From: Candidatus Micrarchaeota archaeon
Lineage (GTDB): Archaea; Micrarchaeota; Micrarchaeia; Anstonellales; Bilamarchaeaceae
DNA length: 17,788 nt
Assembly: GCA_043812915.1 (NCBI GenBank)
Contig: JBDRLQ010000011.1
Location: 1 to 17,788 of the forward strand
Reading direction: 5' to 3'
How positions within the stretch are numbered: position 1 is the first letter of the stretch; each line of letters starts with the position of its first letter. The position numbers and the translations under genes are program-made. The notes below the pieces were generated by a model. It was not told the DNA's origin and ran no database searches. It saw nothing but the letters and a program-made list of their open reading frames with translations. Positions 16,501 to 17,788 of the stretch are shown here, one piece after another.

Positions 16501-17788
16501 TGTTGATTATCCGGCCCATGTTGGCCTGGTAAAGTTCAATATCATAGGAATAATTCCACAGATACGGGCAGTCGCGTATGGTGACGTTCGCGTAAGACCC
16601 GTTCACCATAATCGCCCTGGATGGGCTGGCTCCTCCCCCTGTGGCATTATTCGTGATATTGTATCCGTTGCAGCTGAAGTCCACGTTAGAAGCCGCGATT
16701 TTCACGCAGACCGTACCTGTACGCGGGGATGCGCTAATCGGCGCGCCTGTCAGGTTGTTGTCGATGGAATAGGTGCCTGGAACGTCTATAATCATGCACT
16801 CCGAGACGTTCTTCTCGAGAATGCCGTAATCGCTGGAGGGGTCCATGTTCGCAAGGCTGAGGGTGTTGTCTATGACATTAGGAGTGTTGTTCAGCATGGC
16901 CCAGCCGCCGGCATTGTACTTCCAGAGCTCGAACTTGGTTTCATTGTAGAAGCCGCCCATCTCCGAATCCTGCCATGTCCAGTTTATTGCGTCTATCGAC
17001 ACTGTCCCGTCCACTACCGAGATGTTGACGAATTTCTGGGCGAATGAGAACCTGCCCGGCGGAAGTGTTGCCGAGTTGCGTGTCCAGTCTATCTGGAATA
17101 CGTCCGGCGGTTCTATGCCATCATCAAAGAAGTCAAGGCTAGTGTAATTTTCCATGCTGCCAAAATCGCTGTCGAAGGTGAGGTTGCGGGCGTGGATGGT
17201 GAAATTCCCGGAACTGAATGCGCCAAACCAGAAGTCCACAGTATTGTTGTAGAGATGAGTATCATATATGCGCCCGTCATCTGCTTCCCTGAACTGCAGG
17301 CCGATTTGGGAGTTGTTGTGTATGGTGACATTATCGATTACGGAATAGTCTGAAACCGTTTCAATGCCATAAGAATTTTCGAAGTACCTGCCGTTTGTGA
17401 CAGTTATGTCCCCTGCTGTGACATACATCCCATTACCGTTGTCATAGGCCATCCCATCAGTTACATTCGAATACTGTCCGGAAATGTAGAATCCTATGCT
17501 TGTGCAGCCATATGCGGTATTGTTTGTCAGGTTGCTGTATTCTGCGCCAGAGCTGACCAGGAAGCATTCCGAAGAATTGAAGATCGTGTTGTTGTACAAG
17601 ACATTGTATGGATGCGTTAGATGGATTCCGTACTGGAGCTGATTGGAGACCTGGTTGTGCGCCAGGTAATTGAATGAGCCGCCCACATCGACCCCGTACC
17701 TGGCGCCGGTGTGTATCACGCTGTTCGTGAGGTTGCTGGAGTTCGTGAAATAGAAATGCACTCCGTAGCCGGAGAAGAATCCGTTCGA
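10523..17788 (-). CDS. Giant modular surface protein with right-handed parallel beta-helix (NosD/PbH1-like) repeats; 5'-truncated, >2400 aa
   Basis: Frame open from the window end (SNGFFSGYGVHFYFTN...) to the stop at 10523. Many 'NNTAYNNTYGxYL' PbH1-type turns, four conserved junction modules, very Asn-rich. Confidence 0.85.
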   Translation of the reverse strand, partial: SNGFFSGYGVHFYFTNSSNLTNSVIHTGARYGVDVGGSFNYLAHNQVSNQLQYGIHLTHPYNVLYNNTIFNSSECFLVSSGAEYSNLTNNTAYGCTSIGFYISGQYSNVTDGMAYDNGNGMYVTAGDITVTNGRYFENSYGIETVSDYSVIDNVTIHNNSQIGLQFREADDGRIYDTHLYNNTVDFWFGAFSSGNFTIHARNLTFDSDFGSMENYTSLDFFDDGIEPPDVFQIDWTRNSATLPPGRFSFAQKFVNISVVDGTVSIDAINWTWQDSEMGGFYNETKFELWKYNAGGWAMLNNTPNVIDNTLSLANMDPSSDYGILEKNVSECMIIDVPGTYSIDNNLTGAPISASPRTGTVCVKIAASNVDFSCNGYNITNNATGGGASPSRAIMVNGSYANVTIRDCPYLWNYSYDIELYQANMGRIINTSAVNGTYGFYLVSAIYTSIINSTVYDLGTHGIFVSAGSNYANLSNNTVYNIGSNGIYFGSSHNSTIANNTVYDASDCISTLSSRYLNITGNDASGCSDGIATWAGFFGASNYIRYEYNTVHDNGYGFNVWAHYNNFTNNTAYNNTYGLYAYGGFHRLDNNTAYNNTYGVYLSYTSDTSAAFTAAYNNSGDGLVVSGSSNFNASHTHLYSNGMDLRVLNTGGSDISMNFFNLTIDCPLGNHSNYTVLNITDIVEDGSGYTINWTINSSELPYRRLSFAQKFVNISYLDLGATFPGTIDSITWSWMDSELNKSGYPNDEAYFELWKYNESGWLVLNTTPDTVANLLSLTDMDPRSDYGILEWNATKCMLIDEAGFYQLENSLTGAPIDVSDIPSIVDWACIKIATSDVILNCNGFNITNDGTAWASAIVVNGSADLNHQNITIMNCSNLSAYLSGIEIFNSSYNVVQNMTISALGDPGSRGVYLYASDYTNITNVSAYNLQQEGLTLAMGSGNNLIRGCLVDTAWRGFHTVHVDLGTTYNVFDNNTAINCAQEGFWMACGYNASWTNFTNNIAYDNVMGFSLQGKNDHIENNTAYHNTWYDISPNNEECEPGKGGANFTLVNNTAYGMLSSDYCFFNAGATNITYINSTAYNCTYGFGVAGGSYAYVQNLTSYGNGYGLYFTPLGFSPTYGFHTFSNVSVYDNGYGMYLRSNNLTLNDVHVHNSSVLDMNVSTGTTPINISFANITFDSPPGQFENYTRLYLNDSLEANSWFSVNWTVNSSALPSQRFSFEQKFVNISDSGIISIDAIQWVWSESEVVGIYNESRFELWKFNATDGWTMLNNTPDLTANRLALFDFDPSSDYGILEKQVSSCMVIGTPGEYELDNNITGATIGASEVSGIAWACIKIASDDVVFDCNGYNITNDGTSDAAGIAINGSIAVDYTNITVTGCKSVYDYEKGIVVHRTQDVQVVNNTFINATEYGIHLYYSNYVNVSGNEVEHLYGGGIRSGIVLQAADYNQIVNNTPHGYYNTNQRCIFDDTDSQYNNYSRNIAYTCEACIYLRGDYANATNNTANNCSSYGIIATGNYGNYTDNIMYESAMGIYGTSDYSNFSNNLLYENTQGLYLTNAVANNVTNNTAHSNAQNGIVVYSGANYNNLSGNVAYNNSYGFLFRGDYNTIANSTAHDNSASGFWLDLGAENNNFSLCSASSNRGIAPTHAGFTVGQNYNNVSGSTAFNNSNNGFYFGGTGHYADSDLSYNNTIGFNFNAVDYFNITNSTAYYNRNYGMYATSSTYGNFSNNTAHGNSFGLYISNSGTNNTNASYIHLYNNSDAELIVDEGAATGSYILLEEIYIDCPLGNFTNYTNLTIYDIFYTGEGYGINWTMNESALPAYRTSFREKYINITSIGSAPTINYIIWNWDDSEAGAPYDEDYFELWKFNATDGWTMLNDTPDTTANELRIDNLVPSSDYGILQKNLTGCIVIDSAGGYQLDNNVEGAPNDASEVTNIEWACIKIASDNVIFDCNGYNITNDGTAEAAAIVVNGSVGTDYSNVTIANCPLISGYEDGVTIFRTVNVYVDNVTVYNATNISVRFDGTGDSILNDSTLYNTTAGFGAVVYDGENITLLGNYAFNNTYGYYLESSTNSLVDSSNASLNSGYGLWLQGSSSNTIDPSWFCNNSGSGIFIDNSDDNIIDDSVACNNTEDGIRIEGSNNTLINRSSVYLNGMYGVNMSNGDYTNMSLNNVTNNTVGGLLFDSASTSGNLTSDVICWNGFDLNNTGGSTNTGDNDSCDSFSLWTENSHMGCEYTCSEMWHRFFGNASGNINLTDASATSNVFSWPGSAYNVYFADYDSTINWSGLQAIGRTTTDTNSTNDFGELDIAFETQSFADNIEDTYSVDGSAPKNSSTFIVYSDTIGLVPVAASAWNSTFYTGILWDTSDGGTEFTHTINQSTVWVVNVSSAAMDTFGTYDYLQSIPESLATYEGATDMVTIYVELT
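11913..17170 (-). repeat. Four intragenic copies of a ~170-aa junction module (FELWK.N...SDYGIL...C.KIAS..V...CNG.NITN)
   Basis: SDYGIL Leu codons at 16817, 15425, 13910 and 12092 (spacings 1392, 1515, 1818 nt). DNA patches: 35 nt identical at 11913-11947 and 13731-13765; 47/48 nt at 12164-12211 and 13982-14029; 21 nt identical at 12431-12451 and 15782-15802. Confidence 0.9.

Noticed and set aside
10523..17788. CRISPR-like or tandem DNA repeats (recurrent GTTGTTG / GTGTTGTT)
   Set aside because: These are the antisense of Asn-Asn-Thr codons in beta-helix turns; there is no fixed repeat-spacer periodicity.

Overview
Archaeal genomic window. Marker genes are archaeal DnaG, CDP-archaeol synthase CarS, a Pab1020/Rnl3-type RNA ligase, an archaeal MtaB-type methylthiotransferase and class III signal peptides. 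The compact gene packing is compatible with a DPANN lineage such as Micrarchaeota, but that is inference. Order: 3' end of a CBS-domain gene, small Toprim protein, dnaG >< yjbQ <> mtaB >< five tightly coupled type IV pilin-like genes, a Cys-rich membrane protein and sppA <> carS, RNA ligase >< a giant (>2400 aa, 5'-truncated) Asn-rich modular beta-helix surface protein. The most interesting parts are the pilin-like operon, which has no ATPase, platform protein or peptidase in the window, and the giant protein, whose four repeated junction modules share DNA-identical patches in a mosaic pattern. No rRNA, tRNA, CRISPR array, transposase or reverse transcriptase was recognised.
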